Shown: positions 12,086-25,278 of the stretch, piece by piece | How positions within the stretch are numbered: position 1 is the first letter of the stretch | Layout: each line of letters begins with the position of its first letter | From: Pseudovirgaria hyperparasitica | Taxonomy: Eukaryota | DNA: 64,000 nucleotides | Strand: one strand, 5' to 3' | Assembly: GCA_010093815.1 (NCBI GenBank) | Contig: ML996567.1 | Made by a program: the position numbers and the translations under genes | The notes under the pieces: model-generated | Told to the model about the DNA's origin: nothing | Seen by the model: the letters and a program-made list of their open reading frames with translations, nothing else | The model's database searches: none

Positions 12086-14610
12086 TCAGCCGCCCCGCTC
12101 TCCAAATTCCTTTGCCCAGTCCTCAAATTCCTTTAGACCCTGCTTACTAACACTAGGTCGTATCGTAACAAGACTAGCCTTGAAATCCTGTATTTGAATG
12201 GGCCTTATTTCATCCATCGTCATATGTAAGAGCTTCTCGCCTAAGCTTCGAAGCGGACCCATCGCAGCGTCTTTCGCGAGCGCAGTTATGTCAGAACCGG
12301 AGAACCCTGCTATGGGTTAGCAAGTGTCTTGGGCATGAGTCAACAAAGTCATTTGGCTACCCTCTGTTAGGTCTATCAGCTCATCCAGGTCATCAGGCGA
12401 CAACCCATGTTTCTGATGGCTGAGTAGCGTCTCCAGCTGTGTTCTTCGTACGTGTCCTTCAGGCAGAGGAATGTACTGCCTTCGAACAAAGCGCCTTCTT
12501 GCTGCCTCGTCGATATCCCATGGGAGATTAGTGGCGGCTAACACAAGTACCCTGCTTGCGTCTCCGCGTTCTTTCTCCTTTTCTGTCTGCTCCCTACCTG
12601 CGGCGGCTTTGGCGAGATCTGACCACGCTATCAAAAACTCGGTCTTGATGCGTCTGGTTGCCTCGTGCTCGCTTGAACCCGATCTCGAGGACAGGAGCGA
12701 ATCAATCTCATCGACGAAGATGATCGATGGGGCGATGGCTTTTGCTAATGCGAAGAGGGCTCGAACGAGCTTCTCAGACTCGCCTAAAAATTTGCTGGTC
12801 AGACTGCTAGCGGATATTGCAAAAAATGTCGATCTGGACTCGGTCGCAACCGCACGCGCGAGCATCGTCTTACCAGTCCCAGGTGGACCGAACAGAAGCA
12901 TGCCACGGGCGGGTTCCCGAAGACCCATGAACAAGTCAGGTCGCAAGAATGGATATACTACAGTTTCCTTCAGTGCTGCCTTAGCGATGTCCAGCCCAGC
13001 AACATCGTCCCAATGCACCTCATCACCTTGTATGACGATCTCATTAAGGATCTGCTTAGCTGCAGCTTCGTCAATACCCCTAGGTAAGGTTTTCAGTATT
13101 CGCTCAGTCTCAGCCTGCCATTTTGCAGATTCAGCGGCTGTTTCTTCTGTAGACATGTCACGGTCGTCTGATGACGATACTGAACATCTACTTTGCGAAT
13201 GGTTTCCTATGGCAATAGTCTCCAGTTTACCGGACATGTCTAGACTGCTGACAGAGTCTTCAGATGGATTGCGTGGCCCTCTCCTAGGATATGATCCAAG
13301 TGGGGGTACGGCTTTTCGTCGCCCCTTGCCAATAGGCGAGGAGACATTTGGCTCCGAAGGTTGAGAAGTATCCATCGTAGACTTGGTGGCATGCTCGACA
13401 TCTGGTCTAAGCACTGGCTTCGGATACTCCTTTCGATAAGACAGAGGCTGGACTTCTTTTCTGACTGGCTTCGATAGGCCGGGATTCGACGATCGCTGTA
13501 AACCCAAGACGCCACGTGGGTGGCTGACGATAGCAGGAGGTAGACTAGCCTGTAATGTCCTATCGCGGCGATCATGGGTATCAGTCGATCTGTCTCGCGT
13601 GGGAGGGATTTCCGGTAATTTCAGCCCCATACTTGGACGCAGGGAGTAGCCACTCGACTGTCGAGAACCCTGACTTGGCATATTGCCGTTAGCCCTTGAT
13701 CTTTCTACATCAGATAGGGACGATCGAGTGGGGCCAAGACGGGCTGTTGAACTATTTGCAGATTCCGAGGCACGGCTGAGTAGAGGGGGTGGTGGTTGTG
13801 TGGGTCCCCAGGCTTGTGTTGCGGCCTTCGAGGAGGCAGCAGGCGGTTTGCTACGCAGCGTGCTTACTAGGGTCGGCGGTGGACGTGAACCATCTTTACT
13901 AGGCCTGAGGGTCCTGAGCATCTTTCCTCTCTTCTCAGGGCTGGGGGTTCTAGAAGGTCTCTGGTCTGTACCTGATTTGGAGGTCGTGGCAGTCAGCAAC
14001 GGGGGCGCGTTAGCAGCGTGGGAGTTGCTGAAAGGTCCCGCTCCACCGTTCAGCGATGCTCCTGACACTTGCCTGGGCGCGACAGAAGGCCTTTTTGGAA
14101 GTGGAGGCCTCGATAGATCAGGATAAGTCATTGGTGGTACAGTTCCGCCTCCTAACCACCCTCTCTGAACTTGATCAGAGTGGTCTGATCGACGCGAACT
14201 ATCAGGTAAAGCTGGCGCTGGGAAACAGCCGACGGTATTCTGTGATTCTGTTCCGCCTCCTTTGTCCTCTCGACTTTGTTTTAGAGCCTCCAACAGGTCA
14301 ACTCTTTCTTTGCACTGTAGCTCTAACTGATGCAAGGAGTCTCGTAGGGCCTTTTCAGTTTCGGATCGCGGCTGATAATTAGAGGGTATTTTGTACGCAT
14401 TGTGGTAGTATATCTGATCAAGGGCGCTCCTCCACGAACGTAAGGCCTCCGCTTCGTTGTTCTGTATGACCATAGAAAGCATGATAAGCAGAGTACAACA
14501 ATATTTTACGTGTATCTCACCTGGCTTTCGAAGTATACAGCTGTTGAACATATTAAGTAGCAGTCGTCATAGGTCTTCTGCATAGCAGAAGATGATTTGT
14601 TGCGAATCAT
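12086..14610 (-). CDS. Meiotic-clade AAA ATPase (spastin/fidgetin/Sap1-Yta6-like), 2 introns
   Basis: Walker A GPPGTGKT, Walker [27 protein letters not shown], Vps4_C-like end [14 protein letters not shown]; first exon [30 protein letters not shown]. Confidence 0.92.
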
Positions 14611-15234
14611 TGGAGTCGGATCAGGGTGTTCAGAGCTGTTTGTAACGGACGTGATGGACGCTTGCAATCACTCAGGGTATGGCTTCGTAAGACAAGAGGC
14701 GAAGTCGCAGGACAGACATTAGCATCGTGAGAGCACACTTTCACAATGCCTCGCTTGATCGTTGGGTAATCGGTCGCGTGTAGTGAGGATTGCACATACT
14801 CGAACAGGGAGGGTTACGTGTGTTTCGGTAGAGTTGGGTGGTTAGGCACAAGGCTGCGAGTGACGTAATGCTCTCTACACGTGACTTTGGAGGTTTCAAT
14901 ATGCATAGTTAAATTGAAGCTTTCGACCCCTGCCGCTAAAACGATGCGCTCAACGTCAGTCGTTCATCTGGCTGCAGTGTTCAAATATTTCGAGCGTTGC
15001 TCTCCCATCACCCGATGAATGCGACATATTAGAACGTTTTTTGGCTTATTCGACCGTCAGCTTCTATTCGCATTCCATCTAAATCAGTGTAGACGTGGTT
15101 CGACCCTCGTTTACGCCCGCGTCGCATCACAGGTCTCGTTCTCCAACGCGACCGATACTGTGACCATAATGCGCTGTGCAAATATTCGGCGGCTCCGAGT
15201 AGGCTGTCAGGCTGATCGGCGCATAACTACGAGG

Positions 15235-16359
15235 ATGCAATCAACACTTATTGGCCGTTCTGGTCGTGAGTACAAACGAGCCGCAGTACTACATTCCCAT
15301 CCTAATAAGTCCGAACTGGATATTCGCCTCGCAACGTGGGTTTGCCAATCGTCAGTTCTCAGTCATTATTGAAACAAAGGCTGAGAGGGAAGAAGCTACT
15401 AGCTCGGATAACCAATTCTTCGTCCTGAAACCCGTCTCGTCGTCCGTCTTTGGTCACTTACTCGAGTTCAGCAAAGAATTTGGCGATAATCATCACCTGA
15501 GAACCCACGTAGACTATAACGATAAGGAAAATGTTGTTATATACGAGGGTTTCACCACCGATGTGCTTTCCTTGGTGAAGAATTATCCACCTCTCCCGCT
15601 CAAGGTACGCAAGGCAATTCTTCAGGAGGTCGGGTGTGCCCTAAGGGACATGCATGCAAAGAATTGGATACACCTTGGTATAATTCCGTTCATCGAGCTT
15701 CGTTTGCTATTGCGCTGCTAACCATAATGCCAGATGTGAAGCCAGATAATGTCCTTGTTAATTGGCACATAGACAAACAAGGGCAATTTCATCTCCAAAA
15801 GGTAGCATTAGGTGATTTGGATGTCGCTTTGAAGCTAGATAATGAGAAGCTCTTCAACCATAGGATAGGGAACGTGATGTGGCGCAGTCCAGAAGGCCAA
15901 CTAGGAAAGGGTGTGGGCAAGCATTCCGAGGTGTTTTCATTCGGACTCCTTGTAAGTTGAGCTTCAACGATGCTAGAACAGATATGCTGATTGAAGTGCC
16001 AGTGCTTCTATGTCATGACTGGCGTTGAATGGCTCCACGCCGACTTCGCCACGCTCGAGGTTGAACCGGAGTCGGTGATTCTATTCAAGTTGCTTTCGGC
16101 CTTCGGACCTTTACCAGATGCGCTCATGAAACACGTCAATGATACTGAATCCGCGGAGCTCTTGAAGGCCCTATGGCAAGCGATATCAGAGGACGAAACT
16201 AACGAATCCTTTGATAGCTGGTCGTCAGACACGTTTCCCAACCTCGATAGCGAGGTAAAGAGACTGATTTTGAGGATGACGAACCTCGATCCTTTGCAAA
16301 GGGCATCAATGTCGGACATCATGGCCGATGCGTACTGGAACTTGAAGGATGCTAAATGA
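15235..16359 (+). CDS. Atypical fungal Ser/Thr protein kinase-like protein, 3 introns (start uncertain; in-frame ATGs also at 15019 and 15169)
   Basis: Spliced IHL/DVKPDNVL catalytic loop, LGDLD at the DFG position, WRSPE, SEVFSFGLL, LDPLQR. Confidence 0.8.
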
Positions 16360-16982
16360 GGAAGGACGGCGTTTGAGTCTAAATCTAGATACCCGTTATC
16401 ATGGACTGACTGGTGAGGATCCTTATTTGAGTTTGATCATGCGTGAAACACGACTTCTGTGATTTTCAGAGGGTTTCTTAGCCTAACCACCTAGGTTTTT
16501 ATATATCGTTCCTACAGTAGACTCTTTATAATTGTTGATTCAGATCCAATAAGCAGAGTGACGAACCGCCGGTCGCGGGTAGTTTCAGTGATAGGCAGCG
16601 CTCATTAGATAGCTATGTACAATTCGTCTTGCGCTGCTCGGTCTACTCCCGGTACATATATCGTACAGCTTGAAGCACTCCGTCTGCTCCAGATCGCCCC
16701 TTTTATTGTTTTGGTAACCCGATCCTGTGTATATGAAGCTATATGTTGTGAATACCACATCAAACAGAATTCCTACCAAACTGTTCCTATTAATGGATAT
16801 GAGGTATGCTGAAACCGAATTCGTCCACTTGAAATGAACACGTCCTGATATGCCACCTAGTTCGGCATCTGGTGGTGATTAATCGGTGAGATGCGACTGC
16901 TCGAGGAAGATTTGAAAAGTATTAGGAATTGGTGGAGCTGCCACATCCATGGCTAATATTTGGGATCGACGTGCATAAACCA

Positions 16983-18270
16983 TCATGCTTCGTTGCGCGA
17001 AATGAAGAAAGCCTTGGCCATTTCGTATGCAGACCTGTGATTATCAGCCAACGCCAGATCCTATCGTCAGACTGTCACTTACCAGCATATTGCAGTGCTC
17101 GGCATGGTGCTGATAATTCTCGGCTTCCATCCGCGAAAGAAACCTTTGAAGCCGTCTCGTTTATTTATGACAGCAGCAGCTTGCCATAAGCCTGACACAT
17201 TACGAAGCTCAACATCTGTTGCACTACCTCTTGTTTGTAGAAGTGTCTTGATGACATCTAAAGGTGTGGTTAGCCCGGCGGCAAGGCCGCCAGCCAGCCC
17301 ACCAGCGGTGCAGTGCGTGTACGGATCATATCGACCTGTCGGGTTCATGAATTTGGACATGGATTCGTATGCCATGAATTGAAGCGCGGTGAAAGGGACT
17401 GTCATGCATAAAGTCGTTGGATACGAAACGTAGAATGCCATTAGACCTTCTTTGCGAAAGACTGACCTGGCGCATTGAGGTAGAGATCGATATTCAGATC
17501 CATGAAGTTGCATGCGCTGCTTGATAACTGAGATTGGTCAGCTAGCATATGTAAGTAGAGGCGGCTACGTACCATCAAAAGGGTTCATCAAGGCATCACT
17601 TGCTATCGTCGCCGCTGCTCCGCTTGCCGCTATTGCAATAGTCATTACGAGTACCTGGTGAATGAGTTCGAGGAACGAACCAGCTGCTAGCGGATGATGC
17701 TCTTCTTGTCCGCCTTCATTTCCACCTAGAGCGTGTTTCACTGCCTCGTATGACGCGAAATATACGGCGTGCGCAGGACCTATGTCTTCTCATCAGCTAC
17801 CACTGCCCTATTCTTGATGTGCCCTGTTACTAACCAGCACCGACAACGACACTTGACACACCCCTCCACATGGCTCTAAATCCTTCCGCTCTTGATATCG
17901 TGACCATCGCATTTGAGATCCCGGAGTATACGGCGGAGGGAGAAGGGTTGATGACTTGCATCCGAGTCTGTGTAGGTGAGCAGCGGTCCGGAATGATTTC
18001 ATATCCAAGCGTACCTTGAGCAAATCTATGGGATACATGACGGAGTGTTCCTAAAAGACACGTATTGTTAGCGCAATGGGAATGTCGTTCATGGTGGCAC
18101 CTACGGCGATGCCTGCGAAAGCTCCTGCTACCATATTCGCTGACAGTGAGAAATTTGACGGTAGAGACTCATAGCTGGTGTGTAGTCAGTACATACAAAA
18201 TCGTGAGAAAGTTTGATCAGGTCGCGCACTCATATTCCTCAGACAGAGGAAGGCCTTCATGAGTGGCCAT
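16983..18270 (-). CDS. MRS4: Mitochondrial iron carrier (mitoferrin Mrs3/Mrs4), 7 introns
   Basis: EYDYESLP, AGAFAGIAEHSVMYPIDLLKTRMQ, GAGPAHAVYF, NPFDVIKQRMQ, TPLDVIKTLLQ; the choice between MRS3 and MRS4 is arbitrary. Confidence 0.93.
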
Positions 18271-18905
18271 AAAATTCAAGGCCGAGGTAATAGTGGTTCC
18301 TGGAGTCGCGCGCGCGAGCAATTGAGTATTTCAAGCTGGCGAGCTGTTAAAGATTGGGAGCTGTTCAGGCTGACCTCGGAGATTGGGAAACGAATACAGC
18401 TGGATGATGTTATTGGGATGTGGTATGTGGACTCAATTAGGAATGCGTGAAGGTTGACCTGAGATTTTGGGGGTGCTTTTTGTTTGCTGGCGATACCTAG
18501 CGTCAGCTAATGCGCTTGCTTGGCGTCCCGGATTGCTCGCAGAGGTACCGAGCGGATGTAGATACGTATCACCATGGAAGTTCACTCATCTCCACGGAAT
18601 TTTGGTTTGGATTATAGAACAGCGACAGATCGGCTAGATCAAGTAAATTATAATGAGCAGATGAAGCAGGCAACAACACAACCTCATTCTCATCGTGCAT
18701 TAGCTATTAACAGTTCATATAGACGCACAGTCTATAATTTAGTACGCTACAGTTCAGACTGTTTCGTGTCCAAACAAAGGATTGACGAACACATCCCTTG
18801 GGCATTGCCGTCGATAAATATACGTCGGTGATTCAAGACGCTCGATGTGAGCGTGGAAGTGCCTCTGAAATTTGAGTAGCCTTGAGGTTTCGTAATGGCT
18901 CATAT

Positions 18906-20677
18906 TTAACAGTCACAATGCTTGTACCATCGCGGGAACTGAACCGTGTCCCTAATATTCGTAACCCCGGCAAGATAGCATATAAATCGGTCGAAGCCGA
19001 GTCCAAAACCACCGTGTGGCACACTACCATACCTTCGAAGATCAATGTACCACTGGAGCGAATTTACGTGTGCGGGCTGTGAGCGATTGGCTTCTTCAGA
19101 GTCGATGTTGCTGGCTTCGCTTGAGAACGCTTGCATGCCATGATCCTGCATAGCAGCCTTTAGCTCATCGAGGCGATGCTCACGCAAAGAACCCCCGACT
19201 ACTTCGCAGACCCCCGGGAGTAAAAGATCAAAGCAGGCGACTGTAGGAGCCCTGCTTGATGTACTTTCATTCGAGGGTAGCATGTAGAATGGCTTTATGT
19301 TTCTCGGATAGTCTGTGACAAAAACTGGTCCATCAAAAGCCCCAGCGCCAATTTGGTCGCCGGTCAGCCACTTTTCGTGCTCGGCTTGTAAGCCAGAGCC
19401 AAAACTAGGCTTGAATTCGAAGTTGACGGTACCATTTGTTTCCGCTTTCTGTAGCATATCGATAGCTCGATGGTAGGTAATCCGAGGCCAATGCTCTTTC
19501 AACAGAGCTTCCCATCTTAAGCCCAGCACCTCGCCCGAGACACCCTGGTCGCTACTGTCCTTACTTCTTTTATCTGACCAGGCAAGGAGTAAGTCTTCGC
19601 CAACCCAGGAATGCTTCAACTGTTTAGTCAAAGATCGCATGAGGTGTTCGACAATGTCCATAATCTCATTGATGTCTTCAGTGAAGGCGACCTCAGCTTC
19701 GAGCATGTAGAATTCACTGAGATGGCGAGGGGTATCACTCTTCTCAGCACGAAACGTTGGCGAAAGCGCCCAAACGCTGCCTACAGCCTGTGCCAATGAC
19801 TCTAAGTGTAACTGTGATGAGACAGTGAGGTACTTCGGCGTGCCAAAATAGTGGCTCAAACCACCTTTGCTGGATCCACTACTACTCTCCTGCATGGAAG
19901 GTGATACAGAGAAGACCTCACCAGCGCCTTCGCAGTCACTAGATGTGATTAATGGAGGATGTGTTTGTGTAAAGCCTCGTTCAGCGAAGAAAGTGGTGAT
20001 GTGCCCAATCAATTGAGAGCGAAGTCGTAAGAGCAGTGAGTGGAATGGTAGACGTGATCTGAGATGGGGAATTGTCCTTAGGAACTCCGGCGAGTGGTAC
20101 TTCTTTTGAAGTGGATTCTGCATGACCCTGGCGTCAATAAAGACCCCGGTCCAGCCGGGTAGAGACTCACGGCAGAATCATTGTCACCGGCAATGCGCAC
20201 ATCTTGAGCATACAACTCATATGATTGTTCTTTGCCTGAAGGGGAAGGTTGCCATCGACCGGTAATGGTGACTGCAGTGCCCGTGGAGAGTCTTGCATAA
20301 GAAGGAAGTCAGCACAGCTCCAGCGTTCACAGCCGTGCATACTGTTGGACTGACCCTTCTGCCTGCTCCGGTGTCAAGACAGCTTGTAGTGATCTGAGGG
20401 AGGAGCCATCGCCAATGGCTGCGAAAGCTACGCGCTTCTGCTTACGAATTGAGCGAACGAAGCCGTTGATGGTGATGGCACCGTTCGGAGGCACACCCGC
20501 GGACTGTGTATCTATGCGAGAGCCGTTGGCAAGGAGAGATGCTATCTGTGGCCGGTGGAAGAATGAGGACTGACGCGAAGGGTTGTGAGCTGTTCGCAAC
20601 CGGCGTGGTAGCGACGAGTGTAGTAGGATCGACCGTCTGGCGATGGGCGTACGGAATGCTATTGTGAATCTTTTCAT
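18906..20677 (-). CDS. SLM5: Mitochondrial asparaginyl-tRNA synthetase, 2 introns
   Basis: OB-fold GFVRSIRKQKRVAFAAIGDGS, SSDCEGAGEVF, YLTVSSQLHLE, FRAEKSDTPRHLSEFYMLE, PHGGFGLGFDR; Arg-rich presequence. Confidence 0.93.
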
Positions 20678-22312
20678 GAGGAGCCGAGGGCAGGAAAGAG
20701 GGGCCGGAAGAGGAGCATAGACTGTAGGTGAAGAAACGTAATATGCTGAAAGAGTTTGCGGATACGACCATTCGACAGGGCCGAAGAAGTTCGATGGAAT
20801 AATTCCCGTCGAAACCTTAGGCATCCGTCGGCCTTAAAACGGCATCACTCGTAGTACATATATGTTTATATCATGTTCATTGAAATTTCAAAGCTTAACA
20901 TGAACGGTCATGTATCACATTAAATAGCGAACTATCTCATCATACCTTACTTTACTATACTTATATATGTAACTCTAGCTGGTAAATAGAAATGATAGAA
21001 GCGGGATGAAGGGCTCACGTGTATACTAGTGCCAAGAGTGACAGAATTACCTCACCTGAAGCAATGCAATAATAATCGACAAATGAACGGATACCTTTAA
21101 GTAAGTACCCGCGGACACCGTATTGATTATGGATCCACACTAGGCGGGCGACACAAGCCATGATCAGGCAGGTTATTTGCGGCCGCCGGACGCAAGAATG
21201 CCTTGATTGATGCTTCCTTGTACCACCAAAAGTCTGATGATGATTTTAGCAGTCGGATTGCTTGCCAGCTTTATTCAAGAAAGAGTCAGGTTGTGCTAAG
21301 TCGGTGAAGGGGACATGGAGTAGATTGAATAGATTGCGTTGCAGGCATCTGACGTTAGACAAACAATTAGTTCAGCAGCCAGCCGCCGGTGCGACAGATA
21401 AGTCATCGACGAGGGGTCTGGGCACCCTGGACTAGGATTCTTGACATAATTATACGAACTCATTCATGGATTAGCAGTGCGAAGGATCTGAGTATTGCCG
21501 AGGGTCGCTTAATCGTTCACGATTGGCGGATATTTCCGTGGCGACCTTTTCACCAACCCTTACCCCGACCTAGTCCGCTCTAGCAACATAGAGATCCAGC
21601 TTCTCCTTTTTCCTTACTGGGGGATCTGACTTGCATTCTGCATGCCAGATCTGATCGCCGGCTCCTAGTCCAAGATCTTGCATGATGGTGTACAGATCGG
21701 CAGCCGGGCATGTCCAGCAAGGATTTGGATTCCACCCGCGCCATATCATCTCGCTCACCCGATCTGCCGGTAGTGGGCATCTGCATCTGTAGTCTCTAAA
21801 TTATCCCACCTTGCTTCCAGACACATCGCATACCTTGTGTTATGGCTGACCGCTTGATCAATCTTTCCGCGCGGCCGTCGCTCCGCCTGCAGACCACTGG
21901 TGACCAGTGACTTACAACCTGTCATTCAAGAGTCTGGTAGGTTTGCGTTGGCACCTTTTGAAATTAGTGTTTATGCCAGTCTGTTTGCAAGAATTTTACG
22001 GGCGACAAACCGGGCAGCGGGTTCGTTCCATCGATGTGCCATATCGTGAGTCCTTTGCCATCCCCACTATTATTGCGTGGCCTTGGACAAGTACATGTAA
22101 TTAGAGCCGCTGTAACGCAGGTTTGCATCTTGGTCTAACGTGCGCCTGGCGCATTTAATCTTCTAGCCTAGATATATGCCCCAGGAGACGCATATATCTC
22201 ATGGCCGCCATTCTGGACTGGAACTTTTGATCTCTTTGAATTTCTGTTTGATTCATGGAAGAAGGAATAAGCATCGATATTTCCCCTGTGTATTATACTC
22301 TGCCCATCCTTC

Positions 22313-23247
22313 ATGCCTCCAGCACGCTCGAGGCCCTCAGAGGTCGCAGTTGAGGCCAAACGAGTTTACCATCCATACATTGACCGAGAAATGCCAGAGT
22401 GTCCTGCCCGCTCAGTCATGATTCCAGATTCGTCGCAGATACCTGTAGCAGACGATCGTCGAGCGTGTCAACGTCTCCGCGTGGCCGTAATTGACGGGGA
22501 CCCAATTGATGTCGCGTTGGACTGGTATCTACATGCATCTAGAGATTCTGCAAGACTAGAGCCGCCTAAGATACCTGTCGTGAACATGGCAAATGAGAAA
22601 AGAGCTGGCGGTGACTGGGAATCGGGTCACATGGCCCCTGAAGAATGCTTTTCGAGGAGAAGCAATCTCGTGCAAGCACTGGTCACACCATTTGAGTATC
22701 CAAGTCCTTCTACGCCACATTATCCGATACCCCACCGCGGAGGAATCTACTCACCTTCTGTGGGTACGTGGATCATGGATGCCATCGTGATAATGAGACA
22801 CTTATAATGTCAACAGTTGTATACCGAGACGGTCCTGAATTCTACCAGATTTGGCAAGAGTTTAGATCACTCCCTGTGATATCAGTTGCACCAGTGCGTC
22901 GACCTAAGCTGGACGAGTCAGGGTCCAACTACTCCTTCGAGCAAGAGCGGGATCTCATGATGGAGAAGATGCGCACAGTGTTACGGCTTGCAGCTATGTA
23001 CAGACATGTCGACCTCTGTTTAGGCGCATTTGGGTGCGGCCCAGAATTCCGAAATCCTGTACGAGAAGTAGCCAAAATGTGGAAGACTCTCCTGTTCGAA
23101 GAAGCCGAGTTCCAAGGCACCTTTGAGAACATCGTCTTTGCGATACCAAGCGACCAGCCAGGAATTCCAGAGGGAGGCATAGAGGAACTAGAAGTGTTCA
23201 AGCAGGTGTTCAATCCCTCCAGTATTTTCCACACGATCTATCGATAA
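22313..23247 (+). CDS. DUF2263/TIGR02452 microbial-type PARG-like macrodomain protein, 1 intron
   Basis: VVNMANEKRAGGDWESGHMAPEECFSRRSNL, GGIYSPSV/VVYR, VISVAP, LCLGAFGCGPEFRNP...VAKMW, IVFAI. Confidence 0.8.
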
Positions 23248-24368
23248 GAAAGTGGCTAAATATGTTTACCACTTACGATACACGTGTCGCGCAGATTTGC
23301 ATCTCTTTCTCATTGTTTTCATTTTTGACAGACCTGGCCTGTACAGCGGAGCAGTCCGGTGTAGAGGAGATGACTGGCACGGCCGGCATCTGGGCATTCA
23401 CGATGGGCTGTGTTAGTACGTTCAACAGATGGTCGGTAACACTTCTGAAGACGTCCGAATTTGTACCGAAGTAACGCTTACTTCGTATATCATGTGGGTA
23501 CCTGGATTCCTCGTACAGAGGACTGCTGTAGCAACGGCCAGAAAACCCTTAAACGCGGTCCGGATGAACGCTCTGGTAAGTTGGAGCCTTGACGCAGCGG
23601 TGGAAGGCCAACGGGGCTCAACAGACGATCCACGTAATATGAACGACCGGCAGGGTTCCGGATGTAACTTGCAGATGATCAATATATTAGGACCTCTCGA
23701 TTGGAGCTCACATCTGCTTGCAGCCTGCAATTGAGATCTGTTCTGTTGAAGCATCGTGGTTGATGACGAAGCTTGAATTGTATCGGATTCTGCGATGCTT
23801 AGCTGTGCTCGAGTGCTGGCATCACTTCCATTCCATCACCTCCTTGATGTAGTAGGCAATTCTTCGTAACCAGCCAAATGGGGTCCAGGAGACCTAGTCA
23901 GGTTGAAAATCACAGCTCTGTAAGTGCATATAGGGACGAGGTAATAACTTTGGCTGTCTATAGACAATAATGCCGGAATCATGTGGCAGGAGAGGTATGC
24001 CAAACCTTAGTAGTGGGATGTCAAGGCTAGATGGGTTAAAGCCTGTATTGTGTGCTGTGATCGCTAGAGTCGCCGACAGACCAAAGCATTCCATGATTCG
24101 CCCTCAATTCCCCTCGGACAAGATTGTTTTACTCGTCACCAGGATATGTACCATTGAGCGTGCTTGCAACCATCATCAGAGCTGTAGACAATGCAGCAAT
24201 GTGAACGCGTCAATATGCCGAATGTAGTAGGTCACCTTGCGTTATATATACAATATTTTACAGTATGACTACAGGGAGCCAATGTGCATTCCGGGCACTT
24301 GATAGCGCGAGCTTTGACATTGAGGTTTAGACACCCGTAGATTAGATGTGCTCGGAGTCGGGTAGTCT

Positions 24369-24787
24369 TTATGATGATGTCTGCTGTATGTCTGGTGGCA
24401 TTCGGGAAGATTCCATTTGGTACTTGCGTAGAGCCTCCTCTTTCTTCCAGTCCACTACTCGTTTCTGCTTGAAGTATTTTACCTATGAAAATGGTTCAGC
24501 TCAGAATCAGGAGCAGTATATGGAGAGAATGTCGCGAGGGGAGTGCTACTCACCCACGCCGACGCGCAGTCCTTCTCGAAGATTTTGTGTTCCTCTGCGC
24601 AAGCTTTTACTGTTTGAGCCGGATTGTCTTCGCTGTCAAGTATATCATTGCGATCTAGACATTTGAAGAAGATGTCTCGGGAGTTATAACACGCTTGCCG
24701 ATCGGTCCTCGTCGGGGCGATTATTCCGCCATCTGAGGACTTTGGTTGGGCGTCACCACCACTGCTAGAAAATGGCCACCATTTCAT
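24369..24787 (-). CDS. COA6: Cytochrome c oxidase assembly factor 6 (Cox6B-like), 1 intron
   Basis: APTRTDRQACYNSRDIFFKCLD...C...FEKDCASAW/VKYFKQKR (Cx9C...Cx10C). Confidence 0.88.
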
Positions 24788-25278
24788 TGTCTCGATCGTC
24801 GTAGAGTGGAAGGCCTGATGCGTACAAGATGAGCTGTAGAAGAGCGCGGTTAGGCACGGATCACAGCGAGAAAGAAGATCGTGGTTGTGTTAGAAGTGTT
24901 GATAAGAGATAGTCGTCTCTGTAGAATATCTATTGATACACCATCCTGCGCATGAAGTTGTAGCTAGGGAGCGAGCCAATCATGGGCCTAAATAACACCT
25001 ACTAGTACCCATGATGATATGGGATGGATGACTAAGAACGCCGACCTCCGTCCTCAGGGCACTTACCATAGGTGCACGAATTACTTAGCTATTAATCAGA
25101 CGCGTTTAACAACTGCAACTTCAGCATTCTCGCTTCATACACGCTCTCTTTACAACATTTGTCTATTCTATTCGCGAACGTATCGCTACGCCAAAGTCAA
25201 CAGGCCTGCCCAACGAATCCAGCGTCAAAGGCTTGAAGACACCTCGGCCAATGCTCAACTTCCTACGTCTCTAGGCTC

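Noticed and set aside
12471..13364. 297-aa plus-strand ORF
   Set aside because: Antisense shadow of the AAA domain.
20871..20903. Imperfect palindrome TCATGTT..TTGAAATTTCAA..AACATGA
   Set aside because: Short and AT-rich, with no TSD or second copy in the window.
21237..21352. Possible box C/D snoRNA (ATGATGA...CTGA)
   Set aside because: No good terminal stem and no recognisable rRNA-complementary guide of 10 nt or more; snoscan would be needed.
23250..24240. Several 66-110 aa ORFs between the PARG-like gene and COA6
   Set aside because: No recognisable motifs and no consistent exon chain.
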